DNA of 64,000 nucleotides from an uncultured Solirubrobacteraceae bacterium (GTDB taxonomy: Bacteria > Actinomycetota > Thermoleophilia > Solirubrobacterales > Solirubrobacteraceae): assembly GCA_963800905.1 (NCBI GenBank), contig CAWDCT010000009.1, positions 80,681 to 144,680 of the forward strand, given 5' to 3'. The notes under the pieces are model-generated. The model was not told where the DNA came from. It ran no database searches and saw only the letters and a list, made by a program, of their open reading frames with translations. The translations under genes and the position numbers were made by a program. The stretch's first letter is position 1. Each line of letters begins with the position of its first letter. Shown piece by piece: positions 27,232 to 37,024 of the stretch.

Positions 27232-29193
27232 TGGACCGGCTGCTTCATCCGCGATCGGTCGCCATCGTGGGCGCGAGCGAGCGGCCGTCGACGTACTCGT
27301 CGGAGACGCTCCTGAACCTGCGCCGGCTGGGCTTCGAGGGGGACGTCTGGGGCGTCAACCCGCGGCGCTCGTCGGTCTACGGGCTGCCGTGCTTCTCGTC
27401 CCTGAGCGACCTGCCGTCGGCGCCCGACGCGGTGGTGGTCGCGATCCCGGCGCCGGGCGTGCCGGCTGTGATCGAGGAGGCGGGCGCGATCGGGTCGGGC
27501 GGCGCCGTCGTGTACGCGGCCGGGCTTCGGTGAGTCGGAGGCGGGCGCCGCGCTCGAGCAGGCATTGAGGGAGGCCGCTGGGCGGTACTCGCTGCCGGTC
27601 TGCGGGCCGAACTGCGACGGGCTGGTGTCGCTGTGGTCGCGCGCCGCGCTGTGGGGCGACGCGCTGGCGGCGCCCGAGCCGGGCCACGTCGCGCTGGTGT
27701 CGCAGAGCGGCAACCTCGTCGTGAACGCGCTGGCGACGCGGCGCGGGCTGCGGCTGCACACCGCGGTGTCGAGCGGCAACGAGACCGTGGTCACGACGCC
27801 CGACTGGGTCGAGCACCTCGCGCGCGAGCCGGGCGTGCACTCGATCGCGCTGCTGGTCGAGGCCGAGGGCGACGGCGCGCGGCTGTGCGAGGCGCTCGCG
27901 GTGTGCGCCGACGTGGGCGTGGGCGTGGCGGTGCTGAAGGTCGGCGCCTCGGCCGCGCGGCGCGGCCGCGGCGGCCGCGCACACCGGCGCGGTGGCCGGC
28001 GACCACCGCGTCTTCCGCGCGCTGATGGAGGAGGCGGGCGCGGCGTGGGCGGCCGACGTGCACGAGCTGCTCGAGCTGGCGAAGGCGCTGGCGGTGCGGG
28101 ACGCGCGGCCGCGCGGCGGCGGGCTGGCGATCCTCACGTGCTCGGGCGGCGACTCGGGGCTCGGCGCCGACGAGGCGGACCGGCTCGGGCTCGACCTGCC
28201 CGCGTTGTCTGCCGTCGACGGTCGCGTCGTTGCGCGCGCGGCTGCCGGCCGCCGCGACGGTCGCCAACCCGCTCGACTACACGGCGATGATCTGGGGCGA
28301 GGTCGAGACGCTGCGCGACCTCGTGCGCGACGGTCGGCGAGGACCCGGCGATCGGCCACGTGCTGGTCTTCTACGACCGGCCGCCGGGGATCGCCGGCCA
28401 TTCGGCCGAGAGCTGGGACGCCGTCGAGGAGGGGATCCTGGCCGGCGCCGCCGTCAGCCCGGTGCCGGTGATGGTGGCGGCGACGCTGCCGGAGCTGCTG
28501 GACGACGAGGCCGCCTGGCGCTTCGCGGAGGCCGGCGTGCCGGCGATCGCGGGGCTGCGGACCGGCGTGGCGGTCGCGGCCGCGCTGGCGGCGCCGCCCG
28601 GTCAGCGCCGGCGTCTGCGAGAGATCGCGCGCGTTCGCGGATCGCCGCGTGGCGGGGCGCTGGCTCGCCGAGCACGAGGCGAAGGCTCTGCTTCGTTCGC
28701 GCGGCGTGCCCGTCGTTCGTGGACGGCTTGCATTGAATGAGGACGACGCCGTTGCGGCGTTCCATGAGCTGGGGGGGCGCGTGGCGTTGAAGGTGTCGAG
28801 CGCCGCCGTGCAGCACAAGACCGCGATCGGAGGCATCGCCCTCGACGTCCGCGACGAAGCCGGCGTCCGCGAGGCATTTCGGCGGCTTGGGGTTGTTTGT
28901 GGGTCCATATCGACCCACAGACAACCCCAGCCGAGTTCTCGTCGAGGCCATGGTCGACGCCCGGCGACGAGGTCTTCGTCGCGGTCCGCTACGACGCCGT
29001 CGTTCCCGTCCTCGTCATCGGCCGCGGCGGCACCGACGTCGAGCGCTCACGACGACGTCGACGATCATCCCGCTGCCGACGCCCCGCCAAGCGGACATCG
29101 TGAAGGCGCGCCGAAGGCCTCGCCCTACTCGAATGCAACCCAGTGATCGGCGGCGTCGTCGTCGATGCCACCGCCCAGGAGGCCGCCCCGTGA
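27231..29193 (+). pseudogene. ADP-forming acyl-CoA synthetase (acetate--CoA ligase family: CoA-binding, succinyl-CoA-synthetase-like and ATP-grasp domains); about 6 small frameshifts plus a 40-nt insertion
   Basis: GTG 27231 (TAGTG overlap) gives VDRLLHPRSVAIVGASERPS...GVNPRR...DAVVVAIPAPGVPAVIEEAG. Then PVCGPNCDGLVS...VALVSQSGNLV (ORF 27565). GLAILTCSGGDSGLGADEADRLGL. ATP-grasp WLAEHEAKALLRSRGVPVVRG...GGRVALKVSSAAVQHKTAIGG. ...VLVEAMVDA...DEVFVAVRYDAVVPVLVIGRGGTDVE. The end ...LLECNPVIGGVVVDATAQEAAP* was read by hand. Confidence 0.75.
28889..28928. repeat. 40-nt palindromic mini-insertion inside the acyl-CoA synthetase coding region
   Basis: GGGGTTGTTTGTGGGTC CATATC GACCCACAGACAACCCC (17-bp arms, 1 mismatch). 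23/40 GC versus a much higher local GC. Deleting exactly these 40 nt joins ...CGG CGG CTT|AGC CGA GTT CTC GTC GAG... = RRL|SRVLVEAM, linking the two coding frames. Confidence 0.75.
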
Positions 29194-30775
29194 ACGCCAT
29201 CGCCCAGCAGCTCGGCGAGGTCGGGCTGCCCGCGCCCGTCGCCGAGCTCGCCTCCCGCCGCTGGGACGCGGTGATCGTCGGCGGCGGCCACAACGGCCTC
29301 ACCGCGGCCGCCTACCTCGCCCGCGCCGGCAAGTCGGTGCTCGTGCTCGAGCGGCGCGAGCGCCTCGGCGGCGCGTGCACGCTCGAGCGGCCGTTCGCCG
29401 ACCCGCAGTACGTGGTCAGCCCGTGCGCGTACGTCGTCGGCCTGCTCGACGAGCTGGTCATCGAGGAGCTCGGACTCCGGCAGCGCGGCCTCCAGTTCCA
29501 CGTCGCCGACCCCAACCTCTGGGTCCCGTTCGACGACGGCACGAGCTTCGGCCAGTGGCTCGACGACGACCGCACGAACGCCGACCTCACCGCGCTCGGC
29601 GTGAGCGGCAAGGACCGCGAGGGCTACTGGGCCTACGAGCACCTCTTCGACGAGATCCGCCGCCGCCTGCGCACCGGCGAGCGCGACACCTGGGTCGGCG
29701 AGTCGCCCACTCGCGCCGAGATCGAGGAGCTGCTCCGAGGCGACCAGACGATGATCGACGTCGTCTTCGAGGCCAGCATGGCCGAGGTGCTCGACGACCA
29801 CATGGACGACCAGCGGCTCAAGGACGCGCTGTTCGGCCAGGGGATCATCGGCGCCTGGGCCGGCCCGAAGGACAAGGGCACCGCGTCGATCAAGCTGATG
29901 CACTTCCAGGGCGACCTCGAGGGCCAGGGTCCCGTGTGGGGCTACGTGCGCGGCGGGATGGGCATGGTCAGCTTCGCGATCGCCGACGCCGCCCAGGAGG
30001 CCGGCGCCACGCTGGCCACCGGCGTCCCGGTCGGCGAGATCCTGCCCGGCGAGGGCGTCGTGCTCGAGGACGGCACGCGGATCCACGCCGACACGGTCAT
30101 CTGCAACGCCGACCCCAAGCGCCTGCTGAGCATGGTCAGCGACCTGCCGAGCGAGTTCGAGCAGCGCCTGCGAGGACTGGAAGATCCGCAGCCCCGTCGT
30201 CAAGTTCAACGCCTCCCTCACCCGCCTTCCCAACTGGACCGCCGCGCCCGGCCAGGACTTCCCCGCGCGCGCGACCGTCGACGTCACCACCGGCCTCGAC
30301 GACGCCCAGCGCGACTTCGAGCGCTGCACGCGCGGCGAGGCGGCGGTCGGCTTCGGCGAGATCTACGTCCAGACCGGCTACGACCCCACGCCGGCCCCGC
30401 CGGCAAGCACCTGATGAGCGTCTTCGGCCAGTACGCGCCGTACGACTTCGACTGGGCCAACCGCCGCGACGAGGTCGCGCAGCCAGTTCATCGACCTGAT
30501 CGCCCGCTTCGCGCCCGACTTCCCCGACGCGCTCGAGCACTACGAGGTGCTCGGCCCGCCCGACATCGAGCAGCGGATCGGCCTCACCGCGGGCAACATC
30601 TTCCAGGGCGAGACGATGCCCGACCAGATGTGGGAGCACCGCCTCTGCGTCTCGCACGCCGGTGCCCGGGTTGTACATGTGCGGCGCCGCAACCCACCCG
30701 GCGGGCAGCGTGATCGCCCTCAACGGCCGCAACGCTGCGATGGCCGTCCTCGAAGACGCCCAAGTTCTCACCTGA
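29190..30775 (+). pseudogene. CrtI/phytoene-desaturase-family NAD(P)/FAD-dependent oxidoreductase, paralog 2; about 3 frameshifts as given
   Basis: GTG 29190 (GTGA overlap) gives VNAIAQQLGEVGLPAPVAELASRRWDAVIVGGGHNGLTAAAYLARAGKSVLVLERRERLGGA...WGYVRGGMGMVSFAIADAA... (ORF 28887..30713 frame). ...LTAGNIFQGETMPDQMWEHR.... The end ...GLYMCGAATHPAGSVIALNGRNAAMAVLEDAQVLT* was read by hand (TGA 30773-30775). Confidence 0.8.
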
Positions 30776-30804
30776 CGGTTCGCAGTTGTCGATGGCGTCG
30801 ACAT

Positions 30805-32576
30805 ATGGCACATTCCCCGTCCATGGGTCGGCGCCCGCATGCGCCAAGGGGGCTGAGGGTCAAACGCGCCGGGCCGGCGCGGCGTGACGTTGACGTGGAA
30901 GAAGCCGCGCGGCGGGACCGAGCCTGAGGCCTACCTCGTCTTCCGCGACGGGCGCCGCATCGCCCGCACGAAGCGGCGTACCTACGTCGACCGCCGCGCC
31001 AAGCCCGGCCGCCACCGCTACGTGGTCGTGGCGGTCGACGCCAAGGGTCGCCGCGGCCGCCCGTCCCAGATCGTGCGCGCCCGCGTCCCGGCGCGGGCGC
31101 CGGCCCTGCCCGCACCGCCGGCCGGCCCGGACCCGCCGCCGCTCCCGGCGCCCAACCTCGGCAGCACGCTCACGGCGGCGATGGTCGACCGCCTGTTCTG
31201 GCGCGCCGGCTTCGGCGCGACGCAGGCGCAGCGCGACGCGTGGACCGGCCGCGGCCACCTCAACCTCGTCGACTGGCTGCTCGACACGCCGGCCTCGCTC
31301 GGGCCCGACGGCGACGCCGCCGCTGACGCGGCATCCAACGGCGGATCGACCCGCTGGCGTCCGAGGACGAGCTCGTCATGGAGTGGCTGGACCGCATGCA
31401 GCGCGCGGTCAATCCGCTGCGCGAGCGCATCGCGTTCTTCTGGCACCGCCACTGGGCCGTCAGCCGCGACGACGGCATCCCGGTCGACATGGCTGCTCGC
31501 CTACCGCGACCGGCTGCTGCGCGTCGCCGATCCGGCGCAGAGCTTCCGCCAGCTCGCGTGGGAGATGACGACGACCGACGCCGCGATGTCGATGTACCTC
31601 AACGGCAACCAGAACGTGCGCGGCCGGCCGAACGAGAACTACGCGCGCGAGCTGATGGAGCTCTTCTGCCTCGGGCCGACCGCGCCGAACGGGGACCCGA
31701 ACTACACGCAGGACGACGTCGCGGGGCTCGCGCGGGCGCTCACCGGCTGGCGGCTGAACTCGGACGACACGAGCCCGAACTACGGCAGGGTCACGTTCAG
31801 CACGAACCACTTCGAGAGTGGCCGCCAAGAACGTTCCTCGGCGTGTCGCTCCCCGCGCTCGCGCCGTCCGCCGTGACGCCGGCTCACGGCCCTGCCGCCG
31901 TCAATGTCGCGCTCGACGCCGTGCTCGGCCACCCGAGCCACAGCGCAGTACCTGATCCGCAAGCTGTGGAGCGAGTTCATCGCCACGCCGATCCCCGACG
32001 CCACGCTCGCCGAGTTGATGGCCGCTCTACGACCCGTCCGGCCCGCTGCGGCCGCTCCTGCGCGGAATCCTCGGCCATCCGCTGATCTTCGAGTCGCTCG
32101 ACGAGCCGAACCTGATCAAGCCGCCGATCGTCTACCTGGTCGGCGTCCTGCGCCAGCTCGGCGCCCCGATGAAGGGCAACTACATGACCGGAGCCCTGAC
32201 CAACATGCAGCAGCGGCCGTACCGGCCGCCGAACGTCGCGGGCTGGGAGGGCGGCATGTCGTGGCTCAACACGAACACGGTCCAGGGCCGGTTCGACGCA
32301 GTCCTGCGCACGCAGTTCCTGCTCTACAGCAACAACGCGAACAGCTACCCGCGGCCCGCGCTGGTGGAGGTCGACGGCGGAGCGGCCGAGACGCCCGCCG
32401 CGCTGGTGGAGCGCGCGCACGCGTCGGCCGGGCGGCCATGGCTGGCGCCGGCGACCCGCGACGCGCTGCTGGCCTACGCCACCACGGCGCCGACCGGCAG
32501 CGTGCAGCAGCGGCGTCAGCGCTTCTACACGGTGCAGGCCCTCATGCTCGGCGGCCCCGACGGACAGGTGATGTGA
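30805..32576 (+). pseudogene. DUF1800-family protein with an N-terminal FN3-like module; about 5 frameshifts as given
   Basis: PRGLRVKRAGPA|VTLTWKKPRGGTEPEAYLVFRDGRRIARTKRRTYVDRRAKPGRHRYVVVAVD (FN3-like). DUF1800 core pieces across frames: ELVMEWLDRMQRAVNPLRERIAFFWHRHWAVS, MSMYLNGNQNVRGRPNENYARELMELFCLG, LIRKLWSEFI, and PMKGNYMTGALTNMQQRPYRPPNVAGWEGG...RFYTVQALMLGGPDGQVM* (ORF 32169..32576). Confidence 0.75.
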
Positions 32577-32577
32577 G

Positions 32578-34060
32578 ATGCGCTGCATCGAATGCGAGGA
32601 GATCGAGCTCGCCCGCGTCAGCGACCAGCGGCCGACGCAGACGCTGCCGATCCCGCACGCGGCGCTCGACGGCTTCCCGGCCGGCCGCTCGGCCCGGCGA
32701 CCTGACGCGCCGGCGGCTGCTCCAGTTCGGCGTCGCCGGGCTGGCGTCGGTCTACGGGCCGAAGGCGCTCGGATGGGAGTCGGTCTGGGAGTCGGTCGCC
32801 GCGGAGGCGGCGCTCGACCAGAACTGCCTCGTGCTGCTCTACCTGGCCGGCGGCAACGACGGGCTCAACACGCTCGTCCCGGCGGGCGCTGACGACTACT
32901 CCGCCTACGTCGCCGCCCGGGCGCGCTCCACCGCGGCCAGGGCGCGACCGCGAACGGGCGCGTCGGCTCGCACTCGCCGGTTCGCCGGCCTGCACGCTCG
33001 CGATTGCGAACGTGATGGTCTCCACGGCCGGCGGCGGCGACAACGGCGACGTGCGCGGGCTCGACACGCTGTTCGCCGACGACGCGCTGGCGGTCATGCC
33101 CGCCGTCGACGCGCTCAGGTACAGCCTGAGCCACTTCGACAACTCGGACATCTGGTTCAAGGCCAGCTACGACCTCAACGTCAAGACCGGCTGGCTCGGC
33201 CGCTGGATCGATCGCAACGGCTCGCCGACCAACCCGCTCCAGGCGATCTCGATCGACACCGCGCTGTCGAAGTCGATCCGCACCGCGGTCAACCCGGTCT
33301 GCGCGATCCCGTCGCTGACGTCGCTCGGGTTCAACATGAACTCGCCGGGCGGCACCGGCAACCTCAACGTCAACGCCCAGATGCAGGCGCTAGCCGGCGT
33401 TCCGGCGGCGGCGCACAACGCCTATCTCTCGCGCGCCCGCGGGACCTACGGCGTAGCGGTCGAAACGGACCAACGCGCGGACGGCGGGCCGGCCTACGCG
33501 CCCGGCGCCGGCTACCCGAACAACGGGACGCTGTCGACGCGGCTGCGGCTCGCCGCCCACCTGCTGGCCGCGAACCTCGGCACGCGCATCATCACGATCC
33601 ACTGGGGCAGCTTCGACACCCACAGCGGACAGCTCGCGAGCCAGGACGCCCAGCTGATGGAGCTCTCGCGCGCGCTCGGCGCCTTCCGGGCCGACCTTCA
33701 GGCGCGCGGGATCGAGAACCGCGTGTCGCACGCTGGTGTTCTCCGAGTTCGGCCGGCGCGTCGCCGAGAACGGCTCGGCGGGGACCGACCACGGCGCCGG
33801 CGGGCTGATGCTGGCGATGGGCAGCAAGCGTGCGCGGCGGCCTGGCCTCCGAATGGCCCGGCTGCCGGCCGCAGGACCTCGTGCCCGTCAACAACCCGGC
33901 CCAGGGCAACCTGAAGGTGCCGACCGACTACCGCTCCGTCTACCGCGCGGTGATCGAGGAATGGCTCGGCGACGACCCGGACGCCATCATCGGCGGCGGC
34001 GCGATCGCCCCACTCGTGCGCGGTGACGGCGCCCCGGGTCGCGCGCTGTTCGAAGCATGA
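32578..34060 (+). pseudogene. DUF1501-family (sulfatase/alkaline-phosphatase-fold) protein with Tat-type signal; about 4 frameshifts as given
   Basis: Tat motif LTRRRLLQFGVAGLASV. NCLVLLYLAGGNDGLNTLVP. ...LRYSLSHFDNSDIWF...TGWLGRWID...IITIHWGSFDTHSGQ... (ORF 33012 frame). VFSEFGRRVAENGSAGTDHGAGGLMLAMG (ORF 33736 frame). ...TDYRSVYRAVIEEWLG...ALFEA* (ORF 33830..34060). Confidence 0.8.
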
Positions 34061-34603
34061 TCGCGGTGCTGGTAGCGCGTCGCCATTGCCGCCACGCCGC
34101 TGGCCTACGGCAACGCGGAGCGCTACGACGTCGTCAAGGTCGTCCGTTACGGCCCACACCACCACAAGACCAAGCAGGCGTGTCGGCGCCACGGCGACCG
34201 CCACTGCCGGCGGCACGTGGTGCGGCGTCGCGCGCGCCGCCCGGCGCCGTCGCCCGCCCCGACCCCGCAGCCGACGCCGACTCCCACGCCGACGCCGACG
34301 CCCACGCCGGCCCCGGGGTCGCTGCCGTCACGCACCGCCGTCGATCTCACCGAGTGGCGGGTGACGCCGTCCTACCGCGAGCTGCGAGCGGGCGAGATCG
34401 AGTTCAACGCCGCCAACCTCGGCGAGGACGACCACGACTTCTCGGTCCGCGACGGCGGCGGGAACGTGCTCGCCAACGAGGTCGTCCTGACCGGGGACAG
34501 CGTCACCGTCCGGCTGTCACTGTCGCCCGCCGTCTACACGCTGTACTGCTCGCTGCCCGACCACGAGGCCTACGGCATGCGAACCGAAATCACGATTCGC
34601 TAG
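34057..34603 (+). pseudogene. Cupredoxin-like (type-1 copper site) protein with a Pro/Thr linker; 1 frameshift near 34078
   Basis: ATG 34057 overlaps the DUF1501 stop (ATGA). MIAVLVA, then (frame of ORF 34217..34603) ...APSPAPTPQPTPTPTPTPTPTPAPGS...EIEFNAANLGEDDHDFSV...VYTLYCSLPDHEAYGMRTEITIR* with an H...C-x4-H-x4-M copper-ligand pattern. Confidence 0.6.
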
Positions 34604-35586
34604 GCCCGCCCGTCGAGCCACTCGCGCATCGACACGTGATGCGCGGAGTGCTCGCCGGTCTGGAGCTCGCGCCGGATCTCGCCCAGCAGCCCGAACCGCT
34701 CGGCGGTCACGTTGTGCTGGTGGATCGTCTCCAGGTTCTCCTGCCGGGCCGAGATGAAGTGGCGCTCGGTGAGGATCGGGAAGCCGTCGACCACGCCGCG
34801 GACCATCTCGCGCACGCAGTCCTCGACGAACCGCGGCCGGCGGTGGGCCTTCTCGACCACCGCGCCCTCGTCGGAGCGCTTCATCAGCTCGTAGATCTCC
34901 GACGACATCGAGTTCTCGACGATCGACAGCAGGGCCTCGGCGTCGATGTCGGTGTCGCAGTCCTCGGGGCAGCCGATGTGCAGCGTGCCGAGCCCGCGCT
35001 GGTTGTGGGTGGCGACGGGGACGGCCTCGAAGATGCGCCCGATCTCGTCCTCGGAGAAGCCGTCCTCGAGCAGCCGCTCGCGCGAGCGGCCCTCGACCAG
35101 CTTCTGCGCGCACGGGCACGCCGTGATGCCCTGGGCGCGCACGCCGACCAGCCGGCGGGTGCCGGCCTCGCTCGCCACGGCGGTGCCGAGCAGCGAGTAG
35201 ATCTCCTGCGTGACGATGCCGGACTCCGGGGCGGGCTTGTGCTCCGGGTAGCGCGCCTCGATGTGGACCTCGGCGCGCCGGGCGCCCTGCCGGTCGCGGA
35301 CCTTCTCGGCGATGTGCTGGGCGAGCGTCTCGGCCCGCAGGGCGGACTCGCCGAGCACCACCTCCCCGATCGCGTCGTTGACGACCTCCTCGAAGCGCGA
35401 CATGTGCGCGCCCTTCTGCTGCGGCCCCAGATCGACGAAGCAGTCGAGCCGAGCGGAGTAGAGCTGCTCGATCCCGTTGGCCTGGATCCGGATGACCTTC
35501 TCGACGTTGGTCACGCCCACGCGCGAGAGCGAAACCTGGAGCGTGGGGACCTGTGCTTGGACGTCTTCGAGCGTGATTTCGGACAT
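34600..35586 (-). CDS. folE2: GTP cyclohydrolase FolE2/MptA family
   Basis: Likely start MSEITLEDVQAQVPTLQVSLSRVGVTNVEKVIRI... at 35586. KGAHMSRF motif and ...GITACPCAQ... are typical of FolE2. Intact frame (ORF 34600..35616). Confidence 0.85.
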   Translation of the reverse strand: MSEITLEDVQAQVPTLQVSLSRVGVTNVEKVIRIQANGIEQLYSARLDCFVDLGPQQKGAHMSRFEEVVNDAIGEVVLGESALRAETLAQHIAEKVRDRQGARRAEVHIEARYPEHKPAPESGIVTQEIYSLLGTAVASEAGTRRLVGVRAQGITACPCAQKLVEGRSRERLLEDGFSEDEIGRIFEAVPVATHNQRGLGTLHIGCPEDCDTDIDAEALLSIVENSMSSEIYELMKRSDEGAVVEKAHRRPRFVEDCVREMVRGVVDGFPILTERHFISARQENLETIHQHNVTAERFGLLGEIRRELQTGEHSAHHVSMREWLDGRA

Positions 35587-35774
35587 CTTGGCCCCAAGGC
35601 TAGTGGACGAAATCACCCATTCGGACAGGACAGATGCCGTAACGCGTGCTACAAAGCCCGGTTAGAGAGGCGACGGAGAGCCTAGTGCCCCGCCCCATTT
35701 CGCGGCTTGTGTCGCGGCGAGCAGCACGGCTGCACAAGACATAGACGGAAGGAGCGACCCGACGGAGGCCGGGT

Positions 35775-36953
35775 GTGCTCGACGTTGACGTCCCGAAGGA
35801 TTTGAGGGATTTGGGCACCAAGACCGAAGCACTGCTCGCGAGTGACGTGTCGATCGTCGAGATCGACGAGCTTCGCCCGCTGATTGCTGAAGGCCAGGAG
35901 CGGGGGTTCCTGACCTTCGAGCAGATCACCTCTTGTCTTGAAGAGGTGGAGGTCACGAAGGAGCAGGTCGTCGAGCTGCACGCATACCTGGAGGACCAGG
36001 GAATCGACGTCGTGAACGCCGAGGACGGGCGTCCCGCGATTGCAGAAGGCGGCCGCTTCGAGCCCGCCGCGGCGCAGGGCAAGCTGCCCGATGCACCGCG
36101 CAAGCCGGAGATCGACCTGACGGTCGAGCCCAGCCTGGATTCGCTGCGGCTCTACCTGAGATCGATCGGCCGCGTTCAGCTGCTGACCGCCGAGCGCGAG
36201 GTTGCGCTGGCCCAGCGGATCGAGCGCGGCGACCTGGTGGCCAAGCAGGAGATGGTCGAGGCGAACCTTCGCCTCGTCGTGTCGATCGCCAAGGGCTACC
36301 TCGGCCGCGGCCTGTCGTTCCTGGATCTGATCCAGGAAGGCTCGCTCGGGCTCATCCGCGCGGTGGAGAAGTTCGACTACCGGCGCGGATACAAGTTCTC
36401 GACATATGCGACCTGGTGGATCCGCCAGGCGGTGACGCGGGCGATCGCGGACAAGGGCCGCACGATCCGCATCCCCGTCCACATGGTGGAGAAGCTGAAC
36501 AAGGTCGTGCACGTGGAGCGCCAGCTCGTCCAGCAGCTCGGCCGTGAGCCGCTGCCGGAGGAGATCGCGCGCGAGCTCGAATGCTCTGCGCGCGAGGTGC
36601 GCGACATCCTGCGGATGGCCCAGCAGCCGGTATCGCTGGAGAAGCCGATCGGCGAGGAGGAGGAGTCCGAGCTCGGCGACTTCGTGGAGGACGACTCCGC
36701 GATCTCCCCGTTCGAGATGGCCTCCGAGAACCTCCGCAAGGAGAACGTCCGCCGCGCCCTCGACGCCCTCCCGCAGCGCGAGCGGGAAGTGATCGAGATG
36801 CGGTTCGGACTCACGGGCGCTCGCCCGTACACGCTCGAGGAGGTGGGCCGCGCGTTCAACGTGACGCGAGAGCGGATCCGCCAGATCGAGAACCACACGC
36901 TGAAGAAGCTCGAGTCGCTTCCCGAGGCCCAGCGCCTGCGCGACTCGGCGTGA
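35775..36953 (+). CDS. rpoD: Principal-type (group 1/2) RNA polymerase sigma-70 factor
   Basis: ORF 35775..36953 (392 aa). Region 1.2/2: [29 protein letters not shown]...[57 protein letters not shown]. Region 3: [13 protein letters not shown]. Region 4: [28 protein letters not shown]. Confidence 0.9.
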   Translation: MLDVDVPKDLRDLGTKTEALLASDVSIVEIDELRPLIAEGQERGFLTFEQITSCLEEVEVTKEQVVELHAYLEDQGIDVVNAEDGRPAIAEGGRFEPAAAQGKLPDAPRKPEIDLTVEPSLDSLRLYLRSIGRVQLLTAEREVALAQRIERGDLVAKQEMVEANLRLVVSIAKGYLGRGLSFLDLIQEGSLGLIRAVEKFDYRRGYKFSTYATWWIRQAVTRAIADKGRTIRIPVHMVEKLNKVVHVERQLVQQLGREPLPEEIARELECSAREVRDILRMAQQPVSLEKPIGEEEESELGDFVEDDSAISPFEMASENLRKENVRRALDALPQREREVIEMRFGLTGARPYTLEEVGRAFNVTRERIRQIENHTLKKLESLPEAQRLRDSA

Positions 36954-36966
36954 GTCTTGTGCCGGT

Positions 36967-36990
36967 GCGGCGGGCAATCTGGCCCGCCGC
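36967..36990 (+). terminator. GC-rich hairpin downstream of rpoD (candidate terminator, no T-tract)
   Basis: GCGGCGGG-CAATCTGG-CCCGCCGC, 14 nt after the rpoD stop. Confidence 0.35.
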
Positions 36991-37024
36991 GCCGCGCTAG
37001 ACCGTTCCGTCCGGCCTCGAACGT

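Noticed and set aside
28886-28931. Programmed translational bypass (T4 gene 60-like hop) over the 40-nt hairpin in the acyl-CoA synthetase gene.
   Set aside because: There are no matching take-off and landing codons (CTT before the gap, CCC/AGC at its end). No stop codon follows the putative take-off site; the frame stays open through GGG GTT GTT TGT.... The same gene carries several ordinary small frameshifts. A simple disruptive insertion is the more economical reading. Bypass remains testable but is unsupported.
34255-34310. A short tandem (ACG CCG)n-like tract, which could be a CRISPR-like or VNTR repeat.
   Set aside because: It encodes the PTPTPTPTP linker of the cupredoxin-like protein. 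It has no spacer structure and no other array features. No CRISPR array is present anywhere in the window.
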